NCBI GenBank assembly: GCA_965227515.1
Contig: CBDDFZ010000001.1
Span: 736,001 to 800,000, forward strand
Source of the DNA: Alphaproteobacteria bacterium
GTDB taxonomy: Bacteria > Pseudomonadota > Alphaproteobacteria > CALKHQ01
Reading direction: 5' to 3'
DNA: 64,000 nt
Shown here piece by piece: positions 19,213-28,765 of the stretch. Every line of letters begins with the position of its first letter. Position 1 is the stretch's first letter. The position numbers and the translations under genes were made by a program. The notes under the pieces are model-generated. The model had not been told where the DNA came from. It worked only from the letters and a program-made list of their open reading frames with translations, and searched no databases.

Positions 19213-21177
19213 TCAGCCCGGAGATGAGGGCGGACGCTGTCGCCCGCCGCGCCGGCGGCGGCGTGACGTCCCTACGGGCGCGATTGACCCCCGCGCGACA
19301 TCCGGTCGTTCCGCTGCCGCACAGGGTCTGTCTTCTGCGGTGGCGTCCGATGTCCCGTTGGCGGCGCCATTGGTCCGCACCACACGCTCCTGCGGCCAGA
19401 CGATCGTGGCGGTCGTGCCTTCGCCAACCTTGCTCTCGATCTCCAGCCGCGCGCCGTGCGTCTTCAGGATCTTGGTGACGATGGACAGGCCCAGCCCGGA
19501 CCCTGGCTGGTCGCGCACGTACGGGTCCTCGCCGCGCTTGAAGGGCTGCATGACGGCGGCGATCTGGCCCTTCGGAATGCCGACGCCATTGTCGGCAACG
19601 CTGATACGGATCGTGCCGGCCGGTTCCAGCACCGTGGAGACGGTCACCCGGCCGTGGGGCGGCTTGGTGAACTTGGTCGCATTGGTCAACAGGTTGATCA
19701 GGACCTGTGTGAAGTGGCGCGCGTCGCCGCGCAGGGTGACCGGCTGCGGTGCATCGGCGGCTTCCAGGCGGATGCCCTTGGCCGAGGCCTGCACGCGGAG
19801 CAGACCAACGGCACGTTCGATGGAGTCCGCCAGCGAGAACGTCGTCTCGTGATGCTCGCTCGATCCGGTTTCGATGAACGACACGTCGGTCAGGTCGTTG
19901 ATCAGCGCGGTCAGGTGCTTGGCGCTGGTGTTGATGTGGGCGATGTATTCGCGCCGTTTCTCCTCGGGCAGCACGCCGAATGTGTCGCGGTCCAGGATTT
20001 CGGAGAAGCCGACGATGGCGTTCAGCGGCGTGCGCAGTTCGTGGCTCATATTGGCCAGGAACTCGGTCTTCATGGTGTTGTCGTGCTCGGCGCGGCGTTG
20101 CGCCTGCACCACCTTGTCCGCCGCCTCGCCGATGCGCGCGAGCATGTCGTTGATCGAGGTCGCCAGCGCGCGCATTTCCCGTGGCGCATACCAGGAAAGC
20201 GGTGGCAGGCGCACGGCCGGTTGCGCACTGTCGATGGACTGGGTCAGCGCTAGCACCTGGCGGATCGGCTTGGCCAGCAACCCGGACAGGACCCAGGCAA
20301 CCGCCAGCGCGACCGCGATGCCAAGCGCCAGCACGCCCAGGCCGGACTGCCTGATGCCGCCGATCTCCGCCTCCAGCTCGGCGACCGGCTGCGGCACCAT
20401 CACGCCCCAGCCGCTGAGCGGCGCGCGCGTATAGCCGGCGATCATGTCGGCCTCGAACGCGGGCGAGTAGAAGGTCATCACGCCGGTCTCGCCGCTGATG
20501 ATGTTATCCACGATCGGCAGGGCGGACAGATTGCGCCGTTCCGCCACCCAGGTCGGGTTCGGGTGGGCCAGCAAGTTGCCTGCGCTGTCGACGATGGCGG
20601 CGTGCCCATTCACGCCGAATGCGATCTGGCGCGCCAGTTGTTCGAAGAACGCGGTATCCAGCGCGCCGACGGTCAACAGGCCCTGGGACTGCTCGGCGAT
20701 GTAGACCACCGGTTGGCCGTCGGGCCCCGCCGTCACGCCACTGAAGGCGACCGTCCCGCCCGCCGCCAGGTCGCGCAGCATGGCCAACCGCTCCGGCGGC
20801 ACGGTTTCCGGACAGGTCAGGTCGTTGTTGATGTAGCCGGCCAGCACGGTGCCGGTGTCCTGTTCCGCCAGGCAGACGTGGCGGAAGTGCATGTTGGAGA
20901 GCAGCGGTTCCAGCGCCAGCGGCGTCCGTCCCGCCACGATGTTCTCGCGCAGCAGCTCGAACACCGCCATTACGTCGGTGTAGTACCGGTCCAGCGCGAC
21001 GCCCAAATTGCGCGCCATCAACAGATGGGCGCGCGCGGTATGTTCAAGGTCCTCGTCGATGGCGCGGGAGAACGGCCAAAACCAAAAAACGACCAAGGGA
21101 ATGATCGTTACCAGCGTCAGTGCAGCAAAGATGATCCGCCTGACGCTGAAGAGCCTGTGGGGGACAAGCGATTTCAA
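19213..21177 (-). CDS. Sensor histidine kinase (Cache-like periplasmic domain, HAMP, HisKA, HATPase)
   Basis: Two TM segments, H-box 'FLANMSHELRTPLNAI', N-box 'NLLTNATKFT', 'DNGVGI', 'GSGLGL'. Confidence 0.93.
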   Translation of the reverse strand: MKSLVPHRLFSVRRIIFAALTLVTIIPLVVFWFWPFSRAIDEDLEHTARAHLLMARNLGVALDRYYTDVMAVFELLRENIVAGRTPLALEPLLSNMHFRHVCLAEQDTGTVLAGYINNDLTCPETVPPERLAMLRDLAAGGTVAFSGVTAGPDGQPVVYIAEQSQGLLTVGALDTAFFEQLARQIAFGVNGHAAIVDSAGNLLAHPNPTWVAERRNLSALPIVDNIISGETGVMTFYSPAFEADMIAGYTRAPLSGWGVMVPQPVAELEAEIGGIRQSGLGVLALGIAVALAVAWVLSGLLAKPIRQVLALTQSIDSAQPAVRLPPLSWYAPREMRALATSINDMLARIGEAADKVVQAQRRAEHDNTMKTEFLANMSHELRTPLNAIVGFSEILDRDTFGVLPEEKRREYIAHINTSAKHLTALINDLTDVSFIETGSSEHHETTFSLADSIERAVGLLRVQASAKGIRLEAADAPQPVTLRGDARHFTQVLINLLTNATKFTKPPHGRVTVSTVLEPAGTIRISVADNGVGIPKGQIAAVMQPFKRGEDPYVRDQPGSGLGLSIVTKILKTHGARLEIESKVGEGTTATIVWPQERVVRTNGAANGTSDATAEDRPCAAAERPDVARGSIAPVGTSRRRRRGGRQRPPSSPG

Positions 21178-21315
21178 CCAATTGGCCCATGGTCGGTCTA
21201 TCGTCGAAACTAATGATGGACCGGCCCGGAACCAGGCGCAACCAACTTCACGGTGTTTGCAGAATCAGGCCTGAGCCGCGTTTGGATATTTGCCGGCTGG
21301 GGCCCTCAGGTTCCC

Positions 21316-21441
21316 AGAGCATGATCATTTAAGTCGGCACCGGCCCTCTCCCCCACCCGGCCGCCCAGACATCATACTGGAGTTGGGCGGCCGGGTGGGG
21401 GAGAGGGCTGGCGCAGACTCAGCGTAAGCTGATCCCGATCA
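21316..21441. repeat. TAGAGC...GATCTA MITE-like element, copy 2
   Basis: Near-identical termini to 5300-5461; internal palindrome CCCTCTCCCCCACCCGGCCGCCCA...TGGGCGGCCGGGTGGGGGAGAGGG. Confidence 0.8.
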
Positions 21442-21443
21442 AG

Positions 21444-22388
21444 TCAGCCTCCCAGTTGCCGCTCCAGCGCGTCGAGGGTGCGGTAGCACGGCATCACCTT
21501 GTGGACGCTGGCATTCGGCTCGCGGCCCTCGGCGATGGCGGCGAAGAATTCGCGGTCCTGCAGCTCGATGCCATTCATCGACACGTCGATGCCGCTGAGG
21601 TCGATTTCCTGCTCGCGGCCGTCCACCAGGTCGTCGTAGCGCGCGATGTAAGTGCCGTTGTCGCAGATGTAGCGGAAGAAGGTGCCGAGCGGCCCGTCAT
21701 TGTTGAACGACAACGACAGGGTGCAGATCTTGCCACCGGTTGTCTTGAGCTGGATCGACATATCCATGGCGATGCCGAGCTCCGGGTGCAGCGGGCCCTG
21801 CACCGCGTTGGCGGTCTCCAGCTCCTCGCCGGTCTGGTAGAGGAACAGGTCGACGGTGTGGGCGGCGTGGTGCCACAGCAGGTGGTCCGTCCACGAGCGG
21901 GGCTCGCCCTTGGCGTTGATGTTCTTGCGGCGGAAGAAGTAGGTCTGCACATCCATCTGCTGGATGGCGAGTTCGCCGGCATCGATGCGGCGGCGGACCC
22001 ATTGGTGCGACGGGTTGAACCGGCGGGTGTGGCCGACCATGCAGACCAGGCCGGTCTCTTTCTGCTTGGCGGCGACCGCCTCGGCGTCGGCCAGGCTGTC
22101 GGCGAGCGGGATTTCCACCTGCACATGCTTGCCGGCGTCCATGCAGGCAATGGCTTGCGCTGCATGCATCTGGGTCGGCGTGGCCAGGATCGCGGCGTCG
22201 ACACCCTCCATCGCCAGCGCCTCGTCCAGCTCGGTGGTGGCGAGCGGAATGCCGTGCTCGGCGGCGACCCGTTCCGTCGGCTCCTGGCGGCGGCCGACCA
22301 GGGCCGCGACCTCGATGCCGCCGATGTTCTTGATGCCGTCGAGGTGCTTGAGGCCGAAGGCGCCGCCGCCGGCGAGGATGACTCTCAT
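21444..22388 (-). CDS. ligC: 4-carboxy-2-hydroxymuconate-6-semialdehyde dehydrogenase
   Basis: 'GAFGLKHLDG', 'ATPTQMHA', 'GHTRRFNPSHQ', 'RSWTDHLLWHHAAHTVD'; lig cluster context. Confidence 0.92.
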   Translation of the reverse strand: MRVILAGGGAFGLKHLDGIKNIGGIEVAALVGRRQEPTERVAAEHGIPLATTELDEALAMEGVDAAILATPTQMHAAQAIACMDAGKHVQVEIPLADSLADAEAVAAKQKETGLVCMVGHTRRFNPSHQWVRRRIDAGELAIQQMDVQTYFFRRKNINAKGEPRSWTDHLLWHHAAHTVDLFLYQTGEELETANAVQGPLHPELGIAMDMSIQLKTTGGKICTLSLSFNNDGPLGTFFRYICDNGTYIARYDDLVDGREQEIDLSGIDVSMNGIELQDREFFAAIAEGREPNASVHKVMPCYRTLDALERQLGG

Positions 22389-22392
22389 TCAA

Positions 22393-23286
22393 CTAACTCC
22401 AATAAAGGCGAGTGGTATTGTCGACCAGCAGCCGCTGCTGCAGGTCTGGCGTGGTCGCGATCCGGGGGATGAAGTCGACCAGCTTGCCGTCGTCCGGCGT
22501 GTGGCTCTTCATGTTCGGGTGCGGCCAGTCGGTGCCCCACAGCACGCGGTCGGGAAATTCCTCCACGATCGTGCGCGCGAACGGCACCACGTCGTCGTAG
22601 TCGACCGGTCCGGAGGCCGACAGGCGTTCCGGGCACGAGACCTTGGACCAGAAGTTCTCGTGCTCGCGCATCAGCTTGCGGAACAGCGCGAACTCGGCGC
22701 CGTCGACCGGCTTGGTCACGTCGGGGCGGCCCATGTGGTCGACCACCACCGTGGTCGGCAGGGCGGCAAAGAAGTCGTAGAGCTCGGGCAGCTCGGCCGC
22801 CTCGAAATAGATCACGATGTGCCAGCCCAGCGGGCGGATGCGCTCGGCGATCTCCATCAGGCTGTCGGTGGGCAGCGCGTCGACCAGCCGCTTGACGAAG
22901 TTGAAGCGCACGCCGCGCACGCCGGCGGCATTGAGCTGCGCCAGCTCCAGGTCGCGCACCTCGCGCTTCACGGTGGCAACGCCGCGCGCCCGGCCGTCGC
23001 TGTGCTCCAGCGCATCGACCAGGGCGCTGTTGTCGGCGCCATGGCAAGTCGCCTGCACGATGACGTTGCGCTCGAACCCCAGGAAGTCGCGCAGCGCCCA
23101 GAGCTGGTCCTTGGAGGCGTCGCAGGGGGTGTACTTGCGCTCCGGCGCGAACGGGAACTGGTCGCCGGGCCCGAACACGTGGCAGTGCGCGTCCACCGCG
23201 CCCGGCGGCGGCACGAACGCGGGCTTGGTCGGGCTGGGGTGCCAGACCCGCCAGTCCGGCGGGTCCATCTGGAAGGTGCGGCCCAT
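22393..23286 (-). CDS. ligI: 2-pyrone-4,6-dicarboxylate hydrolase
   Basis: 'PGAVDAHCHVFGP', 'VQATCHGADN', 'RGVRFNFVKRL', 'WGTDWPHPN'. Confidence 0.92.
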   Translation of the reverse strand: MGRTFQMDPPDWRVWHPSPTKPAFVPPPGAVDAHCHVFGPGDQFPFAPERKYTPCDASKDQLWALRDFLGFERNVIVQATCHGADNSALVDALEHSDGRARGVATVKREVRDLELAQLNAAGVRGVRFNFVKRLVDALPTDSLMEIAERIRPLGWHIVIYFEAAELPELYDFFAALPTTVVVDHMGRPDVTKPVDGAEFALFRKLMREHENFWSKVSCPERLSASGPVDYDDVVPFARTIVEEFPDRVLWGTDWPHPNMKSHTPDDGKLVDFIPRIATTPDLQQRLLVDNTTRLYWS

Positions 23287-23309
23287 GGGTTAGGTTCCTG
23301 CCACTGTGG

Positions 23310-23439
23310 CGTCATTGCGAGGAGCACCGCCCGCTTGAGGGCGGTGCGACGCGGCAATCCAGAGCGACGTCTCAACCGCCTGGGCAATCGCCTGGATTGC
23401 TTCGTCGCCCACGCCAGGCTTGGGCTTCTCGCAATGACG
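23310..23439. repeat. CGTC-tagged palindromic repeat, copy 2
   Basis: CGTCATTGCGAG...CTCGCAATGACG with GCAATCCAG/CTGGATTGC inner arms. Confidence 0.85.
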
Positions 23440-23469
23440 GTATTGTGCGGGCGGGTGCATCAACCGCTC

Positions 23470-24495
23470 CTACAGCCCCCGCGCCTTCAAGGCGGCGTCC
23501 AGGCGCGGATAGACCCGGCGGGCATTGCCCTCGAACACCTTGTGGCGGTCGGTCTCGGAGAGGTCGAGCGCGTCGATGTAGCGTTTCGTGTCGTCGAAGT
23601 TGAACCCGGTCTCCGGGTCGATGCCGGTGACCGCGCCCACCATCTCCGACCCGAACAGGATGTTGTCGACGTCGATCACCTCGAACAGCAGGTCTATGCC
23701 CGGCTGGTGATAGACGCAGGTGTCGAAATAGACGTTCTTCATCACGTGGGTGGCCAGCGGCGGCTGCTTCAGCATGTCGGCGAGGCCGCGGTAGCGCCCC
23801 CAGTGATAGGGCACGGCGCCGCCGCCATGGGGGATGACCAGCCGCAGATCGGGGAAGTCCTTGAACAGGTCGCCCTGGATGAACTGCATGAAGGCGTTGG
23901 TGTCGGCGGCGATGTAGTACGAGCCGGTGGCGTGGAACGCCGGGTTGCACGAGTTGGAGACGTGGATCATCGCCGGCACGTTCAGCTCCACCATCTTCTC
24001 GAAGATTGGATACCAGTAGCGGTCGGTCAGCGGCGGCGATGTCCAGTGGCCGCCCGACGGGTCAGGGTTCAAATTGCAGCCGACGAAACCGAGTTCGTTG
24101 ACGCAGCGCTCCAGCTCGGCAATCGAGTTGACCAGGTCGCCGCCCGGCGTCTGCGGCAACTGGCACACACCGATGAAGGTCTCCGGATAGAGCTGGGTGA
24201 CCCGCCAGATCAGGTCGTTGCAGGCGCGCGACCAGGCGAGCGAGGTCGCGGCATCGCCGACGTTCTGCTCCATCCGCGAGGCACGCGGCGAGAATATGGT
24301 GAGGTCGGCGCCGCGCTCGCGGATCAGCCGGAGCTGGTTGGTCTCGATCAGCTCGGCGATCTCGTCGTCGGAGATGTCGGGCCGGGTCGGCTCCGGCAGC
24401 GACGGGTCCGCGATGCGCGCCTTCTGCGCGTCGCGGTAGTCGATGTGCGCTTGCGGCACCTTGGTGTGATGGCCGTGGCAGTCGATGATCATCAT
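23470..24495 (-). CDS. ligJ: 4-oxalomesaconate hydratase
   Basis: 'MIIDCHGH', 'NLNPDPSGGHW', 'IPHGGGAVPYHWGRYRG', 'FGSEMVGAV'. Confidence 0.93.
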   Translation of the reverse strand: MMIIDCHGHHTKVPQAHIDYRDAQKARIADPSLPEPTRPDISDDEIAELIETNQLRLIRERGADLTIFSPRASRMEQNVGDAATSLAWSRACNDLIWRVTQLYPETFIGVCQLPQTPGGDLVNSIAELERCVNELGFVGCNLNPDPSGGHWTSPPLTDRYWYPIFEKMVELNVPAMIHVSNSCNPAFHATGSYYIAADTNAFMQFIQGDLFKDFPDLRLVIPHGGGAVPYHWGRYRGLADMLKQPPLATHVMKNVYFDTCVYHQPGIDLLFEVIDVDNILFGSEMVGAVTGIDPETGFNFDDTKRYIDALDLSETDRHKVFEGNARRVYPRLDAALKARGL

Positions 24496-25388
24496 GGCCG
24501 CCCAATACCCCCCGGCTCGATTGATTCTAGCAGCGCGTCCAGCATCGCATCCAAGCCGCCCGCTTCCAAGGCCTGGCGGCGTTCGGCGGACCAGTCCTGG
24601 CGCGCGGCACAGGCGCTGCTCATGGCCGGGTCGAGCCCTGCGCCGGCCACCGTGACCGCGACCTCGCGCATCTCCTCGGCCCGTCGGCGCCCGTGCTGCA
24701 GCGAGCGCGAGATCATGTATTCGGCGATCTTCGGCCAATCCATGCCCGGGAACAGGTCGTCCAACGAGGCCAGCACCGTGCCGTCGACGCCATAGTGGCG
24801 GGCCGCGATCAGGCTTTCCGACAGCAGGCTCTCGATGCCCTTGATCACCACGCTGCGGCACATCTTGGCGGCCGATGCCTGACCGAGGGTGTCGGAGAAC
24901 ACCGACATGCCGGCGAAGCCCAAGGCCTGCGCGATGGGCAGGAATTCAGCCGCATGCGGCCCGCCGAGCAGGATGGAGGTGGCGATCCGCTTCGGCCCGA
25001 TGGGCGACATGGCGACCGCCTCGACATAGCGCCCACCCGTGGCCTTGATATGGCCTGCGGCCCCAATCTTGGTCGCCGGGGCGGCGGAGTTGATGTCGAC
25101 GAACCAGGTACCGGGCGCAAGGCCTGGCGCGGCGGCCTGGGCCGCGTGGACGGTGTTGGCGGCGGTGACGGCGCAAATGACCAGATCGGCTTCCGCAACC
25201 GCGTGCGCGGCGGTGGTGCCGGCGCGAACCGGTGTGCCGGCCAGTGCGCGCGACGGTATGCTGGCCGGGTCGTCAAACAGCACGTCCCAGGCGGTCAGCG
25301 AGAGGCCGCCACGCGCGGCAAGGTCGGCGGCAAGTATCTGGCCGACCTCGCCGAAGCCGACCAGCGCAACATGCGAGATTGCGCTCAC
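24492..25388 (-). CDS. NAD(P)-dependent oxidoreductase (6PGDH/HIBADH-like, DUF1932-type C-terminus)
   Basis: 'LVGFGEVG' Rossmann motif, 'ASAAKMCRSVVIKG', 'HGRRRAEEMRE'; overlaps both neighbours (translational coupling). Confidence 0.85.
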   Translation of the reverse strand: MSAISHVALVGFGEVGQILAADLAARGGLSLTAWDVLFDDPASIPSRALAGTPVRAGTTAAHAVAEADLVICAVTAANTVHAAQAAAPGLAPGTWFVDINSAAPATKIGAAGHIKATGGRYVEAVAMSPIGPKRIATSILLGGPHAAEFLPIAQALGFAGMSVFSDTLGQASAAKMCRSVVIKGIESLLSESLIAARHYGVDGTVLASLDDLFPGMDWPKIAEYMISRSLQHGRRRAEEMREVAVTVAGAGLDPAMSSACAARQDWSAERRQALEAGGLDAMLDALLESIEPGGIGRP

Positions 25389-26497
25389 CGCCCCGGCCAC
25401 ACCGACGCGGGCACGTACACCTCGCCCGACATCAGCTTACGAGCGGTACGCAGCAGGGCGGCACGGCGCACCACGATATCGGCACCGGCGCCCTCGACCT
25501 CCATGTCGACGGTGAAGAACCCGGTCGGGTGCTCCACTTCCAGCCGGGCCGCGCCGTCCGTCGCCGGCGGCACCCGTGCGATGTCCGATCCGACCGCGCC
25601 GTCGATCATGCAGCCGGTGGCGACACTCACCGCCGCCAGCACGCCGATCGCCTCGTGCACCCGGTGCGGAATGAAGCTGCGTGTGGAGATCGCGCCTGTG
25701 CCGGCTGGTGGCGACAGCAGCGTCATCTTCGGTACCGTCTTCGCGGCCACGTCGCCCAGGTTCATGCGTGGGCCGATTTCCAGCCTTATCCGCTCGACCC
25801 GTTCCTTCAGGCTGGCGTTGGCCTCCAGGTCGGCCGGCGCTTCGCTTCCATCGAGGCCGAAATCGGCGGCGCGCATCAGCACCACCGGCATGCCGTTGTC
25901 GATGGCCGTGACCTGGATGCCGTCGACGGTGTCGGCGACGTTGCCTGTTGGCAGCAGCGCGCCGCAGGTCGACCCGGCAACATCCAGAAAGTCGATGGGG
26001 ATCGCGGCGGCGGTGCCGGGCACGCCGTCGATGCGGGCGTCACCCTCGTATTCGGGCATGCCGGCCGGCGTCGACACGTGGGCGACGGCCAGGCTCTCGG
26101 AATTCACCATGAAGATGCGCACGTCGGTGGTCGTGCCGCTGGCTTTCACCAGCCCATGCTCGATGGCCCAGTGGCCGATGCCGGCCAGGATATTGCCGCA
26201 GTTCTGGCTGTCGGAGACCTCGGCCTTGTCGACCACCACCTGCAGGAACAGGTAGTCGACGTCGGCGTCGTCGCGGGTCGACGGGCTGACCACCGCGATC
26301 TTGCTGGTCAGCGGGTGGGCGCCGCCGACGCCGTCGATCTGGCGCACATCGGGCGAGCCCATGGCGGCGAGCAGCACCCGGTCGCGCGTCGCGGGGTCGT
26401 CCGGCAGGTCCGCTTTGGCGAAGTAGAGGCCCTTGGAGGTGCCCCCGCGCATCAGCGTGGTCGGGATCGCGGTCAGCATGATCGCGCTATCCGCCAC
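25385..26497 (-). CDS. ligU: 4-oxalomesaconate tautomerase (PrpF/LigU/GalD family)
   Basis: 'MRGGTSKGLYF', 'QIDGVGGAHPLTSK', 'QNCGNILAG', 'RTARKLM'. Confidence 0.9.
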   Translation of the reverse strand: MADSAIMLTAIPTTLMRGGTSKGLYFAKADLPDDPATRDRVLLAAMGSPDVRQIDGVGGAHPLTSKIAVVSPSTRDDADVDYLFLQVVVDKAEVSDSQNCGNILAGIGHWAIEHGLVKASGTTTDVRIFMVNSESLAVAHVSTPAGMPEYEGDARIDGVPGTAAAIPIDFLDVAGSTCGALLPTGNVADTVDGIQVTAIDNGMPVVLMRAADFGLDGSEAPADLEANASLKERVERIRLEIGPRMNLGDVAAKTVPKMTLLSPPAGTGAISTRSFIPHRVHEAIGVLAAVSVATGCMIDGAVGSDIARVPPATDGAARLEVEHPTGFFTVDMEVEGAGADIVVRRAALLRTARKLMSGEVYVPASVWPGR

Positions 26498-26507
26498 CCA
26501 ACACAGT

Positions 26508-26597
26508 CGTCATGCCCGCACGTGTTGCGGGCATCCACGTCTTTGATCGACCGATGCAAGAAAGACGTGGATGCGCGGATCAAGTCCGCGCATGACG
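26508..26597. repeat. CGTCATG-type palindromic repeat
   Basis: CGTCATGC...GCATGACG ends with inner CATCCACGTCTT/AAGACGTGGATG arms. Confidence 0.8.
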
Positions 26598-26623
26598 CTG
26601 AACGGTAAGGTGTGGCCACTATT

Positions 26624-27319
26624 CTAGTCCCCATCTCCCTGGTCGACGTACTTCAGGCCCCGTTCCGCAAGCCGTTCGCGCATGTTGTAGATGTCGAGCC
26701 CCAGTTCTCCGGCCGAGAGGCGCGCGCGCTTGTCGGCCTCGTTGGCCTCGCGTGCACGCGATTTCTCCAGCACCTCGGCGGCGCGGACGCGCGGCACGAT
26801 CACGACGCCATCGTCGTCGGCCACCACCAGGTCGCCGGGGTTGACGGCGGCACCGGCGCACACGATGGGCACGTTCACGTCGCCCAGCGTCTCCTTCACC
26901 GTGCCTTGCGCCGACACGCACTTCGACCAGACCGGAAAGCCCATCTCGGTCAGGTCCCGCACGTCGCGCACACCGGCGTCGATGACCAGCCCCTTCACGC
27001 CGCGCGCCTGCAGCGAGTGAGCCAGCAGATCGCCGAAATAGCCGGCATCGGAATAGGAGGTGGGCGCCAGCACGATCACGTCGCCCGGCTGGCACTGCTC
27101 GATGGCGACGTGCAGCATCCAGTTGTCGCACGGGGCGGCGGAGATGGTGATGGCGGGGCCGGCGATGTGCGCGCCGGGATAGATCGGAGTGATCGCCGGC
27201 GCCAGCAGGCCGCTGCGGCCCTGTGCCTCGTGCACGGTGGCGACGCCCAGCCGCTCGTCGGCATAGGCCGCGACGAGGCCAGCGTCGACCCGCTGGATGT
27301 TCTGCACTACGACCGGCAT
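26624..27319 (-). CDS. ligK: 4-carboxy-4-hydroxy-2-oxoadipate aldolase
   Basis: '[12 protein letters not shown]', '[12 protein letters not shown]', 'GYFGDLLA', 'IDAGVRDV', 'GELGLDIY'. Confidence 0.93.
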   Translation of the reverse strand: MPVVVQNIQRVDAGLVAAYADERLGVATVHEAQGRSGLLAPAITPIYPGAHIAGPAITISAAPCDNWMLHVAIEQCQPGDVIVLAPTSYSDAGYFGDLLAHSLQARGVKGLVIDAGVRDVRDLTEMGFPVWSKCVSAQGTVKETLGDVNVPIVCAGAAVNPGDLVVADDDGVVIVPRVRAAEVLEKSRAREANEADKRARLSAGELGLDIYNMRERLAERGLKYVDQGDGD

Positions 27320-27450
27320 GTGTCCTCCCTCTCCAGTTCGCCGGCATTATGCCGTCCTCGGGGCTTCGACGGAAACGGCTTGTTCGGGCTGGCGTCGACC
27401 TGAACTCCACCGCTAAGCTCGGACCCAACACGAAAAGGGGGGATCAAGGC

Positions 27451-28749
27451 ATGATGCGCGTTTCCGCGCCTTTGGCGGCCTGTTCGATGGCGCTTGCACT
27501 GGCGCTGCCGGCATCGACGGGTGCCGTGGCCCAACCAACCGTCGCCGCGTCCGCCGCCGAGGAGGCCGCCGACCGCCAGGCATGGTGCGAAGCCGATGCT
27601 CCGGCCTGCGCGCTTCTCGACACGGCGATCGCTACCTCGTTCGAGATGGACCATGACGTCTGGGTGCGTTGGGCCGTCTTCGGCACGGCCGGGGCTCTGA
27701 TCGACATTGGCCGGCCCTGGGAGGCGCTGGACCTTCTCGACAACGAGACGGGTGAATTCGGATACGACACGGAGGCGTTGTGGCAAGGACTCGGGTTCGA
27801 GCACGCCGAGCATGAGTGGCTCGCGCTTGCGCTGCGTGCCCAGATAGCCGCCGGGCTGGATGATGGCGCGACGCGCTCCCTGGAGCGGATTCGCACGCTG
27901 GCCGATGGATCGGACAAGCCGCTCAAGACGTTCCAGCTCATCAAGTCGCTGGCCGATGCCGGCCTGGTCGACGAGGCGCGCGCGCGAGCGGCCGACGCGA
28001 TCTCTCAGTTCGACGACGGCACCCCCGACTTCGACCTGGTGCTATGCGCGGAGCTGCTGGTGCACGCCGGACTGTGGGATGAAGCGCGAACTCTCGCCCT
28101 TTTGGTCAAGGCGGCGGCCCACCGCAATCAGGCCCTGGTCGTGCTGGGCATCGCGCTGGCCGAGGACGGCCAAGTCGGCGCGGCCTGGGACCGCCTGGCA
28201 GAGATGGTTGCCGAAGAAACTGAAAACAGCGACCCGGAAACACAGTGGCGGCCAGATGAGATCCTGTCGGCGATCGCTTCGGCCTACGCCGACGCGGACC
28301 ATCTGGACTATGCCCGTGAGACCGCAGGTCGGATCGGATCGGAGGTGCAGGCGGATCTGTCGGCGGCGCTGTGCAGCATCGCCATCGCCGAAGCGCGCGC
28401 CGGTGAAATCGACCAGGCGCTACAGACTGCCGACGCCATCCCGGGTCCAAACCTACATGCGATCTGCCTGGGCCGCGTCGCCGCGCGCGTTTCGGCTGCA
28501 GGCGACCCACGCGGCGACTCGATTCTGGATCGGGCGTTGGCCCTTGCCGAAGAGCAGTCCGCATCGCTGACCGGTGAGCTGAGGGTGCGCATCTGGATTG
28601 GCGGTGCGTTCGCCGATGTCGGCCTCGGCGAGAGGGCGCGCGATCTGATGGTCGATCCCGAGCGCGTAGCCCGGGCGGGCGACCTCGACGCCAAGTTCTA
28701 TGTGCAGATGCTGCTGGAGGCGTTGCTCGCGCTCGAAGAGACTGGGTAG
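27451..28749 (+). CDS. Secreted alpha-helical repeat hypothetical protein
   Basis: Signal peptide; Ala/Leu/Asp-rich helical repeats ('ALCSIAIAEARAGEIDQALQTADAI'). Confidence 0.6.
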   Translation: MMRVSAPLAACSMALALALPASTGAVAQPTVAASAAEEAADRQAWCEADAPACALLDTAIATSFEMDHDVWVRWAVFGTAGALIDIGRPWEALDLLDNETGEFGYDTEALWQGLGFEHAEHEWLALALRAQIAAGLDDGATRSLERIRTLADGSDKPLKTFQLIKSLADAGLVDEARARAADAISQFDDGTPDFDLVLCAELLVHAGLWDEARTLALLVKAAAHRNQALVVLGIALAEDGQVGAAWDRLAEMVAEETENSDPETQWRPDEILSAIASAYADADHLDYARETAGRIGSEVQADLSAALCSIAIAEARAGEIDQALQTADAIPGPNLHAICLGRVAARVSAAGDPRGDSILDRALALAEEQSASLTGELRVRIWIGGAFADVGLGERARDLMVDPERVARAGDLDAKFYVQMLLEALLALEETG

Positions 28750-28765
28750 TCGCGCGCCACAACCT

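Noticed and set aside
19213-21177. Orphan histidine kinase as regulator of the lig operon
   Set aside because: Only adjacency supports it; a repeat separates them and there is no response regulator in the window.
21964-24795. Long antisense ORFs (also 1860-4307, 11228-13489, 57820-59832)
   Set aside because: Shadow ORFs opposite well-supported genes, expected in high-GC DNA; no recognisable motifs.
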